The notes beneath the pieces were generated by a model. The model ran no database searches, was not told the origin of the DNA, and saw nothing but the letters and a program-made list of their open reading frames with translations. From Dehalococcoidia bacterium (GTDB lineage Bacteria; Chloroflexota; Dehalococcoidia; UBA2979), in assembly GCA_963667465.2 (NCBI GenBank), contig CAXXDN010000001.1:96001-160000 (forward strand): a stretch of 64,000 nucleotides of DNA, read 5' to 3'. Shown here in pieces: positions 1-10,728 of this stretch. The translations under genes were made by a program, and so were the position numbers. Numbering within the stretch: position 1 is the first letter of the stretch; every line of letters begins with the position of its first letter.

Positions 1-208
1 CGATCGGCAGCGCGACCGCCTCGCGCACAGCCTCGACGATCAACGGGCCGAAGCTGATCTGCGGGACGAACTGCCCGTCCATCACGTCGATGTGCATCAC
101 GTCGGCGCCGCCCGCCTCGGCAGCCTGCAGCTCCTCGGCGAGTCGCCCGAGATCTGCCGTGAGGATCGAGGGCGCGATGCCGGCGCGCCGCGCTGCCTCG
201 CTGCTCAC
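1..208 (-). CDS. rpe: Ribulose-phosphate 3-epimerase (5' part; runs off window)
   Basis: Manual translation [23 protein letters not shown]...[21 protein letters not shown]; GTG start overlaps the argH TGA (GTGA). Confidence 0.93.
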   Translation of the reverse strand, partial: MSSEAARRAGIAPSILTADLGRLAEELQAAEAGGADVMHIDVMDGQFVPQISFGPLIVEAVREAVALPI

Positions 209-1617
209 TCCGCCTCCTCGGACGCGAGTCGCGTGCGGGCAGCCTGGCGCGCTTGCGCGACTGCCTGCGGCGCGGTGCCGCCGGTCGCGCTGCGCGCGGC
301 CAGCGCGGCCTCAAGGCCGAGCGCAGGCGGCTCTGCGCCAAAGACCGGGTGCGCCTCGGCGAACTCGCCGGGCGTGAGGTCCTCGAACGCGCGGCCCTCC
401 TGCTCGCAGCGCGCGACGAGCGCGCCGATCACCTCGTGCGCCTCGCGGAAGGGCACGCCGTTGCGCACGAGCTGGTCGGCGAGGTCGGTCGCGAGCGCGA
501 AGTTCGCGACGGCCGCCGCGCGCCCGCGCTCGGCGTCGAAGCGCAGCGAGGGCAGCATCGCGGCTACCACGGCCAGCGAGGAGAGCAGCGTGTCGACTGT
601 GTCGAAGAGCGACTCCTTGTCCTCCTGCAGGTCGCGGTTGTAGGCGAGCGGCTGGCCCTTGAGCAGCGTCAGCGCCTGCACGAGGTTGCCGATCACGCGC
701 GCGCTCTTGCCCCTCGCCAGCTCCGCGACGTCCGGGTTGCGCTTCTGCGGCATGATGCTCGACCCCGTCGAGAAGGCGTCGTCGAGGCTCGCGAGGCCAA
801 ACTCGGCCGAGGCCCAGAGCACGATCTCCTCGGACAGCCGCGAGAGGTGCGTCATCGCCAGCGCCGCCGCCGCGTGGACATCCACGACGAAGTCGCGGTC
901 GGAGACGGCGTCGAGTGAGTTCGCCGAGACCGCCTCGAAGCCCAGCTCGTGCGCGACGAACTCGCGGTCGATCGGGTAGCCGACGCCGGCGAGGGCGCCC
1001 GAGCCGAGCGGCAGCACGTTGGCGCGCCCTCGCGCCTGCCGCAGCCGCTGAGCGTCGCGCGCGAACATCTCCTCGTAGGCGAGCAGGTGGTGGGCGAGCA
1101 GCACGGGCTGCGCACGCTGCAGGTGCGTGTAGCCGGGCACGACCGTCTCCGCCTCGCGGTCCGCGAGGTCGATCAGCGCGCCTCGCAGGGCGCGCAGGTG
1201 CGCGGCGGCCTCGTCGCAGGCGGCGCGCACGAACAGCCGCAGGTCGGTCGCCACCTGGTCGTTACGCGAGCGGGCGGTGTGGAGCCGCCGCGCCGGTTCG
1301 CCGATGCGCTCGGCAAGTGCGGCCTCGATGTTGAGGTGGATGTCCTCGCGGTCCTCGCGGAACTCGAAGCTCCCGGCCTCGATCTCCGCCTCGATGGCGC
1401 GCAGGCCCTCGACGATCGCGTCGCGGTCCAAATCCGCGATGATGCCCTGCTTCGCGAGCATGCGGGCGTGCGCGATCGAGCCCGCGATGTCCTCGCGGTA
1501 GAGCCGCCGGTCGAAGGCGATGGACGCGGTGTAGGCCTCGACGAGCGCGTCGGTAGGCGCGCTGAAGCGCCCGCCCCAGAGCTTGTCGCCCCCCTGCTGT
1601 TCAGCCTCGTCCACCAT
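205..1617 (-). CDS. argH: Argininosuccinate lyase
   Basis: [32 protein letters not shown] motifs. Confidence 0.98.
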   Translation of the reverse strand: MVDEAEQQGGDKLWGGRFSAPTDALVEAYTASIAFDRRLYREDIAGSIAHARMLAKQGIIADLDRDAIVEGLRAIEAEIEAGSFEFREDREDIHLNIEAALAERIGEPARRLHTARSRNDQVATDLRLFVRAACDEAAAHLRALRGALIDLADREAETVVPGYTHLQRAQPVLLAHHLLAYEEMFARDAQRLRQARGRANVLPLGSGALAGVGYPIDREFVAHELGFEAVSANSLDAVSDRDFVVDVHAAAALAMTHLSRLSEEIVLWASAEFGLASLDDAFSTGSSIMPQKRNPDVAELARGKSARVIGNLVQALTLLKGQPLAYNRDLQEDKESLFDTVDTLLSSLAVVAAMLPSLRFDAERGRAAAVANFALATDLADQLVRNGVPFREAHEVIGALVARCEQEGRAFEDLTPGEFAEAHPVFGAEPPALGLEAALAARSATGGTAPQAVAQARQAARTRLASEEAE

Positions 1618-1664
1618 CGTTCGAGGCTAGCACCGCGCGCGTGCGACGCGCGAGCGGGGGCGCC

Positions 1665-2042
1665 TCAGGCAGCGAGCGGCGCCAGCAACTCAAGCAGCTG
1701 CCCCATGCTCTCGATGTCGCGGCCGATGGCTGAGGAGTCAAGATGCCGCTTTCGACGATAGTAGTTGCCGTGCAGGTCGTTGGCGATGGCGCGCAGACCC
1801 GGCAGGAGGTCGTCGCCGGTGAGCCAACAGACGCGATTGAGCACAACGCTGAAGTCGGCGTGGGTCTCGTATTCCCAGCCCTGGGCCGCGGCCACGGCCT
1901 TCGCCATGTGCGAGGCCGCCCCCCAACCCTTCTCGGAGGCCTGATGCAGGTCGCCCGCGGCCAGATACTCCCGGGCCTTCGCCAGGAACTCTCGCGCCTG
2001 CGCCGTGTAGTCGGCTACCTCGACGGGATCGACGGCTGTCAT
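1665..2042 (-). CDS. PaREP1-family (HEPN-like) protein
   Basis: AREYLAAGDLHQASEKGWGAA...H...LHGNYY pattern typical of PaREP1 proteins. Confidence 0.75.
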   Translation of the reverse strand: MTAVDPVEVADYTAQAREFLAKAREYLAAGDLHQASEKGWGAASHMAKAVAAAQGWEYETHADFSVVLNRVCWLTGDDLLPGLRAIANDLHGNYYRRKRHLDSSAIGRDIESMGQLLELLAPLAA

Positions 2043-2086
2043 GACACGCGTTTAGCACCGCGCTCCCGCGCCGTACCCGCTCCCCC

Positions 2087-3325
2087 CTACTCCTCGCCGG
2101 GTGCGGCGAGGCGCAGCGGGTCCGGGGACTCGCGTAGCAGCTGCTGGCGGGCCTGGACCTCCAACGGGAGGCCCCAGAGCTTGATGAAGCCCAGCGCCGC
2201 CTGCTGGTCGAAGGCGTCGTCGGAGCCGTACGTCGCCAGCTCGAAGTGGTAGAGGCTGCTATCCGAGGCGACGCCGACCGCCTCGGCGTGGCCTCGCCAG
2301 AAGCGCAGCCGCACCTCGCCCGTGACGTGGCGCTGCGTGGAGTGCACATAGGCGGCGAGGTCCTGGTGGTGCGCACTGAACCAGAGGCCCTCGTAGACGA
2401 GGTCCGCGTAGTCCTGCGCGACCCGCTCTTTCATCCGCAGCTGTTGCTTGCTCAGCGTCAGCGTCTCCAGCTTGCGGTGTGCGGCGAGCAGCGCGACGGC
2501 CGCCGGCGCCTCGTAGACCTCGCGCGACTTGATGCCCACCAGGCGGTTCTCGACCATGTCGATCCGCCCGACGCCATGCACACCCGCAATCTCGTTAAGC
2601 CGCTCGACGAGCGGCACGGGCGCCATCGCCTCGCCGTCGAGGGCCACCGGGACGCCCTGCTCGAAGCGCAACTCGACGCTGGCCGGCTCGGCGGGCGTGT
2701 TGTCCAGCGGCTGCGTCCAGGCGTAGGCGTCCTCGGGCGGTGTCAGCCACGGATCCTCGAGCACGCCCGCCTCGATGGCGCGGCCCCACATGTTCTCGTC
2801 GACGGAGAACGGCGAGGCCTTGCCGCTCTCGACGGAGATGCCGTGCTTTCGGCAGTAGGCGAGCGCCTCGTCGCGTGTCCACTCGTTCTCGCGCGCCGTG
2901 CCGACAATCGCGAGGTCCGGAGCGAGCGCGCGCAGCGCGACGTCGAAGCGGACCTGGTCGTTGCCCTTGCCGGTACAGCCGTGCGCGACGGCCGCCGCGC
3001 CGCTTTCGCGCGCCTTGTCGACGAGCAGCTTCGCGATCAGCGGCCGCCCGAGGGCGGTCGCGAGCGGATAGGCGCCCTCGTAGACGGCGTTCGCCGCCAG
3101 CGCAGGGAAGGCGAAGTAGCGCAGGAAGTCCTCGCGCGCGTCGACGACCGCGAACTCCTTCGCGCCCGCCTCGCCGGCGCGGCGCTCCGCGCCCTCGATG
3201 TCGCCGACGTTGCCGAGGTCGGCCAGCAGGCAGACGACCTCGTAGTCGCGCTCTTCCTGCAGCCACTTGACGGCCGCCGAGGTGTCGAGTCCGCCCGAGT
3301 AGGCGAGGACGATGCTGTCGCTCAC
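2087..3325 (-). CDS. argG: Argininosuccinate synthase
   Basis: VLAYSGGLDTS, HGCTGKGNDQVRF, ENRLVGIKSREVYEAP. Confidence 0.98.
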   Translation of the reverse strand: MSDSIVLAYSGGLDTSAAVKWLQEERDYEVVCLLADLGNVGDIEGAERRAGEAGAKEFAVVDAREDFLRYFAFPALAANAVYEGAYPLATALGRPLIAKLLVDKARESGAAAVAHGCTGKGNDQVRFDVALRALAPDLAIVGTARENEWTRDEALAYCRKHGISVESGKASPFSVDENMWGRAIEAGVLEDPWLTPPEDAYAWTQPLDNTPAEPASVELRFEQGVPVALDGEAMAPVPLVERLNEIAGVHGVGRIDMVENRLVGIKSREVYEAPAAVALLAAHRKLETLTLSKQQLRMKERVAQDYADLVYEGLWFSAHHQDLAAYVHSTQRHVTGEVRLRFWRGHAEAVGVASDSSLYHFELATYGSDDAFDQQAALGFIKLWGLPLEVQARQQLLRESPDPLRLAAPGEE

Positions 3326-3355
3326 GGTCCGGCTCCGCTCACAGTCTGGCTCCGC

Positions 3356-3754
3356 TCATGCGCCGGCCACCAGCGGCGAGGCGATCTCGATCATGACGCC
3401 ATCGGGATCGCGCACGCAGGCGGTGGTCTGGCCCCAGGGTTGCTCGCTTGGCGGTGACAGCGGCGTGGCGCCGGCGGCGACCGCCTGCTCGTACGCGGCC
3501 GCCACGTCGTCGCTGCGGAAGGAGATGGTGAAGCCGGGGGCGGGCTCGTCCGGGTCGCTCTCGCGAATCGGCGCGGGCATATGCACAGCGGCGAAGCGGT
3601 TCGAGGCAAAGGCGAGCGCCGTCGATCCCGTCTCCAGCTCCGCGTAGTCCTTCGTCTCGACAATGAAGCGCAGCTCCAGGCCGAAGGCGCGCCGGTAGAA
3701 GCGCACTGCCGCCTCGACGCTCTTGACGTAGACGATCGTCCAGCCCAGTTCCAT
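3356..3754 (-). CDS. VOC/glyoxalase family protein
   Basis: AVRFYRRAFGL...PWGQTTACVRDPDGVMIEI. Confidence 0.9.
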   Translation of the reverse strand: MELGWTIVYVKSVEAAVRFYRRAFGLELRFIVETKDYAELETGSTALAFASNRFAAVHMPAPIRESDPDEPAPGFTISFRSDDVAAAYEQAVAAGATPLSPPSEQPWGQTTACVRDPDGVMIEIASPLVAGA

Positions 3755-3782
3755 GGATCGAGGCTCCCGGCGGTACTCCCGG

Positions 3783-4973
3783 TCAGGCAGTGACCTCGGT
3801 GATCGCGTCGTCGATGATCGCGACGCAGCGGTCGATCTCCTCGGCGCTGACGTTCAGCGGCGGCATCAGCCGCACCACGTCCGGCCGCACGGGGTTGAGC
3901 AGCAACCCACGGCCCACCGAGTTCACCACGACGTCCGGCGCGATCGCGTCGTTGAGTTCGAGGCCGATGAGCAGGCCGCGGCCGCGCACGCCTCTGACGA
4001 CGGAGTGCTTCTCGCCGAGCGCGCCGAGGGCGGCCGCCGCCTGGGCGCCGCGCTCGCGCACGTTCTGCAGGATGTCGCCCTCGATGACGCGCCGCACCAC
4101 GTGGGCAGCGGCGGCGGTGGCCAGCGGCTGCCCGCCGAAGGTGCTGCCGTGGTCGCCCGGCTCGAAGACGTTGGCGCTCTCCTTGCAGAGCAGCGCGCCG
4201 ATCGGGACGCCGCCTCCAAGGGCCTTCGCGCTCGTCATCACGTCCGGCTCGATGCCGGCCTGCTCGTGCGCCCAGAGCGTTCCGGTGCGGCCCATGCCGA
4301 CCTGGATCTCGTCGAGGATCAGGAGCAGCTGCTGCTCGTCGCACCACTCGCGCAGCTTGCGCAGGTAGTCGTCGCTGGGAACGATGATCCCGCCCTCGCC
4401 CTGGATCGGCTCCACCATCACCGCCGCGGTCTGCGGCGAGGTCGCCGCCTGGACCGCCTCGATGTCGTCGAAGTCGACGTGCACGAAGCCGGGCACCAGC
4501 GGCTCGAACGGCTCGCGGTAGGCGGGGGTGCCCGTCGCGGCGACGGTCGCCATCGTGCGGCCGAGGAAGCCGTTGTGGGTCACGATGATCTCGCCCGCGC
4601 CGTCCTTGCGGACGCGGCCCCACTTGCGCGCCAGCTTGAGCGCGCCCTCGTTCGCCTCGGCGCCCGAGTTCGCGAAGAAGACGCGATCCATCGGCGAGTT
4701 GTCGATCAGCAACTGCGCGAGCTCGATCTGCGGCTCCGTGAAGAAGATGTTGGAGCAGTGGATCAGCGTGGCTGCCTGCTCGCTGATCGCCTGCGCCAGC
4801 CCCGGGTCGGCGTGGCCGAAGGTGTTGGTCGAGATCCCGGCGACGAAGTCGAGGTACTCCTTGCCGTCGCTGTCCCAGACGCGCGTGCCCTCGCCGCGCA
4901 CGAGGGTGACCGGCAGCCGCCGGGCGGCCTGCATGTAGAGCTGTGCTTCCAGGGCCTGAGTGTCATCGCTCAC
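3783..4973 (-). CDS. argD: Acetylornithine aminotransferase
   Basis: NSGAEANEGALK, EPIQGEGG, DEIQVGMGRTG, AKALGGG, HGSTFGG; arg cluster context. Confidence 0.95.
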   Translation of the reverse strand: MSDDTQALEAQLYMQAARRLPVTLVRGEGTRVWDSDGKEYLDFVAGISTNTFGHADPGLAQAISEQAATLIHCSNIFFTEPQIELAQLLIDNSPMDRVFFANSGAEANEGALKLARKWGRVRKDGAGEIIVTHNGFLGRTMATVAATGTPAYREPFEPLVPGFVHVDFDDIEAVQAATSPQTAAVMVEPIQGEGGIIVPSDDYLRKLREWCDEQQLLLILDEIQVGMGRTGTLWAHEQAGIEPDVMTSAKALGGGVPIGALLCKESANVFEPGDHGSTFGGQPLATAAAAHVVRRVIEGDILQNVRERGAQAAAALGALGEKHSVVRGVRGRGLLIGLELNDAIAPDVVVNSVGRGLLLNPVRPDVVRLMPPLNVSAEEIDRCVAIIDDAITEVTA

Positions 4974-5052
4974 GCGTGCGCTCCCGTGCTGATCGCTTCT
5001 GCTGTCGTCTCGCCGTCCGTGTGCGGCAGCGCGCGCGGTCCGTCCGTGCGCG

Positions 5053-7845
5053 CTACTGGGACTCGCTCTGTCCGAGCTGCTCGAGGATCGCGCGCAGCCG
5101 GTCGAGTTCGGTCTGCGCGGCGTCTGCCGCGTCCTGCGCCTGCTGCAGCAGATCGCCGAAGTCGCCCGAGGGCGCCACCGGACGGGTGGTGTCGTCCGAA
5201 TCGTCGTCGCCCGTGGCGGGCTGCGTGGCGAGCGAGCCGTCTTCGCCCGGCACCGACGAGGGAATGCGGCCGAAGACCACGTCGAGCGCGCGCTCGAAGG
5301 TCGGCTCGAGAGCGATGTTATCGCCGTTCGCCACGACGACGCGCTTGAGTTCGGGAATACGCGAGCTCTCCGCCTGCAGGTACACCGGCTCGATGAAGAG
5401 GAACGACTCGCCGATCGGGATCATCAGCAGGTTGCCGCGGATGACCTCGGAACCCGCGCCCTCCCAGAGCGAGAACTGGGCGGAGATGCCCGGATTCTGG
5501 TCGATGCGCGCCTCGATCTGGGCCGGCCCGTATACGACTTCGTCGGTGGGGAAGCGGTAGGCGCGCAGCGTGCCGAGGTTGTCGCCGTCCGAGCGGCCGG
5601 CAAGCCAGGCGATGGTGTTCTGCTTGTTGCGAGGGGTGAAGGGCAGGATCAGCGAGAATTCCTCGGTCTCCTCGCCCGGCAGCTTCATGATCACGTAGTA
5701 CGGCTCGAGCGGCTGCTCCTGCTGGCGGAACTTCTCCGTCGGCACGGCCCAGAGGTCCTCGCCGATGAAGAAGGTGCGGGGATCCTGGATGTGGTAGCGC
5801 AGGTACTGCTCGGCCTGCAGCCGGAACAGGTCCTCCGGGTAGCGCAGGTGAGCGCGCATCGACTGCGGCATCTCGCTGATGGGCGTGAACATGTCCGGGA
5901 AGATCTTCGCCCACGTCGCGACGATCGGGTCGTCCTCGTCGATCAGGTAGAAGGTCATGTCGCCGGTCTGCGCGTTGAGGACGACCTTGACGCTGTTGCG
6001 GACGTAGTTGATGGAGCCCAGGTGCTGGGAGTAGGGGTAGCTCCCGGACGTCGTGTAGGCGTCCTGGATCCAGTTGAGCTCGCCGTCGACCACCACCAGG
6101 TAGGGGTCCGAGTCCAGTTCGAGGAACGGCGCCACCTTGCGGATGCGGTCCCCAAGCGAGCGGTGAATCAGCAGCCGCGAGTCGGAGTTCAACTGGCTCG
6201 AGATCAGCACGTTTCGATCGCCCAGTTCCCAGGCCAGCGCGAAGCGGCGCAGGATGTTGGAGAGCACGATGCCGCGGTCAGGCTCGTAGAACGTCTCGAC
6301 GGTCGTGTCGCCCGTGGGGTAATCGAACTCCCCCTCGTTCGTGTTGACAATGACGTAGTGGTTGGTGAGCTCGCCGAAGTAGATGCGGGCGCCGCTCTCC
6401 GAGATCGGGACCTCTTCGCCGACGGGCGGGATGTCGCCCGTGAGCAGCACCGGCAGGCCCTCGGGGGTGATCTCGTTGACACGCGCGACCACGGCGCCGT
6501 AGCCGTGCGTGAACTGGAGCCGCTGCTGCGTCCAGCCGGACCCCCCGGTCTGCGTCGCCCGTGTCAGGTCGAGCTCACGAGGCGCCAGCATCACCTGCTG
6601 CAACGCGCCGTCGATGATGTAGCGATCGACATCGATGTCATCGAACTGGTAGAGCGGGCGAATCGACTGGATCTGGTTGAACGTGTCGCGCATCGGCCGC
6701 GGGTCGAGCAGGCGCACGTTGTCGAGCGTCGTCTGGTTGGCGGCGATCTCTTCCTCGGTCACGGCCGGCTCGGCGGGGAAGGTGGTCTCGACGACCTCGC
6801 TGAGGCCCCAGGCCTGGCGGGTGCCCTCGATGTTCCGGCCGATGTAGATCTGTTCCTTCTCCAGCTCGTTGGGGTCGACCTGGAAGGACTGGACGAAGGA
6901 GGGGTAGATGAAGCCACCGACGATCCCGGCAATCACCCAGAGGCTGACCAGGAACGCAGGCGCGCGCCAGCTGCTGCTGAGCAGCGAGTTGACGATCGTC
7001 ACCAGTCCGGCGAAGGCCCCGAGCGCGACCAGCACGTAGCGCGCGGGCAGCCGCGCGTTGATGTCCGTGAACGTCGCCCCCGTCACGATCCCGCCCGGCG
7101 AGGTCACGAGATCGAACACGGCGAGGTACGACCCGCCGGCGATCACGAGCAGGATCAGCCCGCCGAGCACGGAGATGTGGATGCGCATCCCGCGCGTCAT
7201 CCGCACCTCGAAGCGCTGCAGCGAGAACGTCAGCCCGTAGACCGCGCCCGCCCCCAGCACCGAGAGCACCAGCAGCGAGAGCACCCAGCCCTGGATCACG
7301 TGATAGGCCGGCAGGGTGAAGAGGTAGAAGGAGACGTCCCGGCCGAACACCGCATCCTCGATGCCGAACTCGACGCCGTTGAGCCAGATCAGGATCGTCT
7401 CCCACGACCCGGCCGCGACGCCGCCGAAGATGATCGCGATGAAGATCGTCAGCGCCGCCAGGCCGACCGTGACGACGCGCCGGATCGCCGCCGCGTCGAT
7501 GTCCTCGATGAACGATTCCTCGACGCCCTGCGGGGCGAGCCGCCGCGCCAGCCAGACGTTGAGACCGAGCACGAGCCCGGCAACCACCGTGCCGATCGCG
7601 AGCAGCGAGATGCGCGCCGTCAGGACGCGCCGGAAGTTGCCCTCGTACTCGACGGACTCGAACCAGAGGAAGTCGACGTAGATCGACTTCGCCCAGCTGG
7701 CGACCACGAACAGCACGACGAACGCGGCGGCGACGGCGACCCAGCGGAGGGGTACGGGGGAACGGAAGCCCGATCCGCCGAGGCGGAACGGTTCTGGCGG
7801 TGGACCCAGATCGTCGCGGTCTTGGCGGTCGTCGAAGAAGCCCAG
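5053..7845 (-). CDS. UPF0182 family membrane protein (start probably upstream of the ORF-track GTG at 7716, likely CTG)
   Basis: DFLWF, FGRDVSFYLFTLP, FTHGYG, NYVRNSVK, RYPEDLF, VIRGNLL motifs; the frame stays open upstream through the first TM helix. Confidence 0.88.
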   Translation of the reverse strand: MGFFDDRQDRDDLGPPPEPFRLGGSGFRSPVPLRWVAVAAAFVVLFVVASWAKSIYVDFLWFESVEYEGNFRRVLTARISLLAIGTVVAGLVLGLNVWLARRLAPQGVEESFIEDIDAAAIRRVVTVGLAALTIFIAIIFGGVAAGSWETILIWLNGVEFGIEDAVFGRDVSFYLFTLPAYHVIQGWVLSLLVLSVLGAGAVYGLTFSLQRFEVRMTRGMRIHISVLGGLILLVIAGGSYLAVFDLVTSPGGIVTGATFTDINARLPARYVLVALGAFAGLVTIVNSLLSSSWRAPAFLVSLWVIAGIVGGFIYPSFVQSFQVDPNELEKEQIYIGRNIEGTRQAWGLSEVVETTFPAEPAVTEEEIAANQTTLDNVRLLDPRPMRDTFNQIQSIRPLYQFDDIDVDRYIIDGALQQVMLAPRELDLTRATQTGGSGWTQQRLQFTHGYGAVVARVNEITPEGLPVLLTGDIPPVGEEVPISESGARIYFGELTNHYVIVNTNEGEFDYPTGDTTVETFYEPDRGIVLSNILRRFALAWELGDRNVLISSQLNSDSRLLIHRSLGDRIRKVAPFLELDSDPYLVVVDGELNWIQDAYTTSGSYPYSQHLGSINYVRNSVKVVLNAQTGDMTFYLIDEDDPIVATWAKIFPDMFTPISEMPQSMRAHLRYPEDLFRLQAEQYLRYHIQDPRTFFIGEDLWAVPTEKFRQQEQPLEPYYVIMKLPGEETEEFSLILPFTPRNKQNTIAWLAGRSDGDNLGTLRAYRFPTDEVVYGPAQIEARIDQNPGISAQFSLWEGAGSEVIRGNLLMIPIGESFLFIEPVYLQAESSRIPELKRVVVANGDNIALEPTFERALDVVFGRIPSSVPGEDGSLATQPATGDDDSDDTTRPVAPSGDFGDLLQQAQDAADAAQTELDRLRAILEQLGQSESQ

Positions 7846-7847
7846 TT

Positions 7848-8630
7848 TCAGATCCTCACTCGCGTGCCGGGGACCTCCCCGGAGGCGATCCGTTCCAGTG
7901 TATGCGGAAGGCGGCCATTGGCCACGTGCGCTACGACGCCGCGCTCCGCTGCACGCAAGGCGGCATCGATCTTCGGGATCATACCACCCTCCAGGACGCC
8001 TTCCTCGCGCAGTGCCGCCGCACCCGCGGCGTCCACTTCCTCGAGCAGCGCGCCGTGGCCGTCGAGCACCCCGTCGACGTCGGTGAGGAAGACCAGGCTG
8101 CCCGCACCGGCGGCGCGCGCGATCTCCCCGGCGACCGTGTCGGCGTTGATGTTCAGCGGCTGTCCCGGCGGCTCCAGCCCGATCGGCGCGATCACCGGCG
8201 TCGCGTCGCCCTCGAGGAGCGCGGCGAGCGCCGCGCCGTCGATGCCCGTTACCTCACCGACGAAGCCCAGGCGCTCGTCGTTGCGACGCGCCCGGACCAG
8301 GCCGCCGTCGACGCCGGAGACGCCGGTGGCGCGGCCGCCGAGCCGCTCGATCGCGGCGACGAAGCGCGTGTTGACCACTCCGCGCAGCACGCCGATCACC
8401 ACGTCCAGCGCCTCCTCGCTCGTCGATCGCAGGCCGTCGATGAACACCGAGGGCACTTCGAGCCGGTCGAGCCAGTCCGTGATCATCGCGCCGCCGCCGT
8501 GCACGACGATGACGCGCTCGCCCCGCGCACGCAGGGCGACGACGTCCTCGAGCGTGGTGTCCTCGTCGCCGAGCGTGGAGCCGCCGATCTTGACGACGAT
8601 CGGACCCTGCCCGCTGCTGGCGGCGCTCAT
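7848..8630 (-). CDS. argB: Acetylglutamate kinase
   Basis: VVKIGGS, VVHGGG, NINADT, GGMIPK; ATG overlaps the argJ stop (ATGA). Confidence 0.96.
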   Translation of the reverse strand: MSAASSGQGPIVVKIGGSTLGDEDTTLEDVVALRARGERVIVVHGGGAMITDWLDRLEVPSVFIDGLRSTSEEALDVVIGVLRGVVNTRFVAAIERLGGRATGVSGVDGGLVRARRNDERLGFVGEVTGIDGAALAALLEGDATPVIAPIGLEPPGQPLNINADTVAGEIARAAGAGSLVFLTDVDGVLDGHGALLEEVDAAGAAALREEGVLEGGMIPKIDAALRAAERGVVAHVANGRLPHTLERIASGEVPGTRVRI

Positions 8631-9859
8631 GTCGTGTAGTCCGCGTTGATGCGCACGTACTCCTCGGTCAGGTCGCAGCCCCACGCCGTGGCGCTCGCCT
8701 CGCCACAGCCGAGGTCGATGCGGATCCGCACCTCGTCACGGTCCATCGCCGCCGAGATGTCGGCCTCCGGCGTCGCGGTGGGCGCACCATTCTCGAAGGC
8801 GCAGAACTCGCCGATCCAGACCGCGGTGCGTTCGAGGTCGAGCGCCGCGCCGGAGCGTCCGGCAGCCATCAGCACGCGGCCCCAGTTCGGGTCGCGACCG
8901 GTGATCATCGTCTTGACGAGCGGCGAGGCGCTGATCGTGCGGGCCGCGATCCGCGCGTCCGCGTCCGAGGCCGCGCCCTCGGCCACCACCTCGATCAGCG
9001 TGCGCGCGCCCTCGCCGTCGCGTGCCAGCTCACGTGCGAGCCATACGGCGACGGCCTCGATGGCGCTCGCCAGCGGTGCGGCGGCCGGGTGACCGGCGTC
9101 GATCGGCTCGCCGCCGGCCGCGCCGTTCGCGAGGGCGATCACCATGTCCGAGGTGGAGGTGTCCATGTCCACGTCAATCATGTTGAAGGAGCGGTCGGTG
9201 ACCTCCCGCAGCGTGTCCTGCAGCCAGCCCCGCTCGACCGGCGCGTCCGTGGTGAGGAAGCCGAACATCGTCGCCATGTCCGGGTGGATCATGCCCGCGC
9301 CTTTGGCCGCGCCGCCGACGATGTAGGAGCGTCCGCCCGCCTCGACATGCAGCGCATGCTCCTTGGGGCGCGTGTCGGTGGTCATCATCGCGCGCGCGAA
9401 CTGCGCCCCGCCCTCGCGGCTCAGTTCGACAGCGGCGATGCCGGCCTCGATGCGGTCCATCGGCAGGCGGCGGCCGATCACGCCGGTGGAGGCGACGAGC
9501 ACGTCCGCGGCAGCGACGCCGAGCGCCGCCGCCGCCAGCTCCGCCATGCGCTCGGCGTCGGCCTCACCCGCCGCACCGGTGGCGACGTTCGAGTTGCCCG
9601 AGTTGACGACGAGCGCCCGCGCGGCGCCCCGGGCGACGCGCTCGCGTGTCAGCGTGACGGGCGCGCCGACGACGGCGTTGCGGGTGAAGAGCGCGGCGGC
9701 GGTCGCGGGCCGTTCCGAGAGCAGCAGCCCGAGGTCGAAGCGCGGCTCGGGTCCGTAGCTGCGGATGCCGGTGTAGGTGGCGCCGGCCGTCCACCCGGCG
9801 GGCGCGGTCAGGCCGCCCGGAAGCTCCTCCAGCTGCGGCTGAGAATCGATGTCTGCCAC
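8627..9859 (-). CDS. argJ: Glutamate N-acetyltransferase / ornithine acetyltransferase
   Basis: STGVIG, MTTDT, KGAGMIHPDMATM, DGEGA, DPNWGR, WGCDLTEEYVRINADYTT; start placed at GTG 9859. Confidence 0.96.
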   Translation of the reverse strand: MADIDSQPQLEELPGGLTAPAGWTAGATYTGIRSYGPEPRFDLGLLLSERPATAAALFTRNAVVGAPVTLTRERVARGAARALVVNSGNSNVATGAAGEADAERMAELAAAALGVAAADVLVASTGVIGRRLPMDRIEAGIAAVELSREGGAQFARAMMTTDTRPKEHALHVEAGGRSYIVGGAAKGAGMIHPDMATMFGFLTTDAPVERGWLQDTLREVTDRSFNMIDVDMDTSTSDMVIALANGAAGGEPIDAGHPAAAPLASAIEAVAVWLARELARDGEGARTLIEVVAEGAASDADARIAARTISASPLVKTMITGRDPNWGRVLMAAGRSGAALDLERTAVWIGEFCAFENGAPTATPEADISAAMDRDEVRIRIDLGCGEASATAWGCDLTEEYVRINADYTT

Positions 9860-9938
9860 GCCCGGATCCCCCACATCGGTCCGATGGGCGAGTGTATCCG
9901 AGGCTTCGGCAGCGGGCGACAGAATCGACTGCTGGGCG

Positions 9939-10625
9939 CTACGCACCCTCGGCGGCGATCGGCGGCAGCCCAACGCGCGGGCAGCGCTCCAGCAGCAGGC
10001 AGCGCCCGCAGCCGGGCGAGCGCGCGTGGCAGGTGCGGCGGCCGTGCTGGATCAGGTCGACGTGGAACGCATACATCTCGTCCGGCTCGAGTTGCGCCTC
10101 CAGCTCGTCGTGCACCTTCACGACCGGCATGCGCGCCGGGGCGAGGCCGAGGCGCTTCGCGACGCGCTCGACGTGCGTGTCGACCGGCAGCGCGGGCCGC
10201 CCGAGGGCGAACAACAGCACGATCGCCGCCGTCTTCGGGCCGACGCCCGGCAGCGCGCGCAGCCACGCCTTCGCCTCCTCCAGCGGCATGGTCTCGAGGA
10301 AGCCCAGGTCGTAGCCAGGGGCCTGCTCACGCACCTCGGCGAGCAGCGCCTGGATGCGCGGCGCCTTCGTCGGCGCGAGGCCGCCCGGGCGGATCGCGTC
10401 CTCCACCTCCGAGGTCGGCGCGTCGATCACCTCGTCCCAACTCTCGAAGCGTTCGAGCAGGCGGTGGAAGGCGTGCCCGGAGTTGTGGTCGGAGGTGTTC
10501 TGCGAGAGCAGCGTCAGCACCAGCTCGGAGATCGCATCGTGGTGCGGACGCGCATCGACACGCCCGTACGCCTCGCCGAGGATCGCGATCAGCTCGGAGG
10601 GCCGCCATTGCACTCCAGCCACCAC
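9939..10625 (-). CDS. nth: Endonuclease III-like HhH-GPD DNA glycosylase
   Basis: LLSQNTSD, LPGVGPKTA, PVDTHV, C-x6-C-x2-C-x5-C; GGAGG before GTG 10625. Confidence 0.9.
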   Translation of the reverse strand: MVAGVQWRPSELIAILGEAYGRVDARPHHDAISELVLTLLSQNTSDHNSGHAFHRLLERFESWDEVIDAPTSEVEDAIRPGGLAPTKAPRIQALLAEVREQAPGYDLGFLETMPLEEAKAWLRALPGVGPKTAAIVLLFALGRPALPVDTHVERVAKRLGLAPARMPVVKVHDELEAQLEPDEMYAFHVDLIQHGRRTCHARSPGCGRCLLLERCPRVGLPPIAAEGA

Positions 10626-10728
10626 GTCTCCTCCGAAGATCCAGCGCAGGCGGCCATCGTAGCGTGCGCGCCCGTCGTAGGATGGTCGCGCAGGCGCGAT
10701 CGCGCCGATGCGGGACGGAGGTCCGGGC

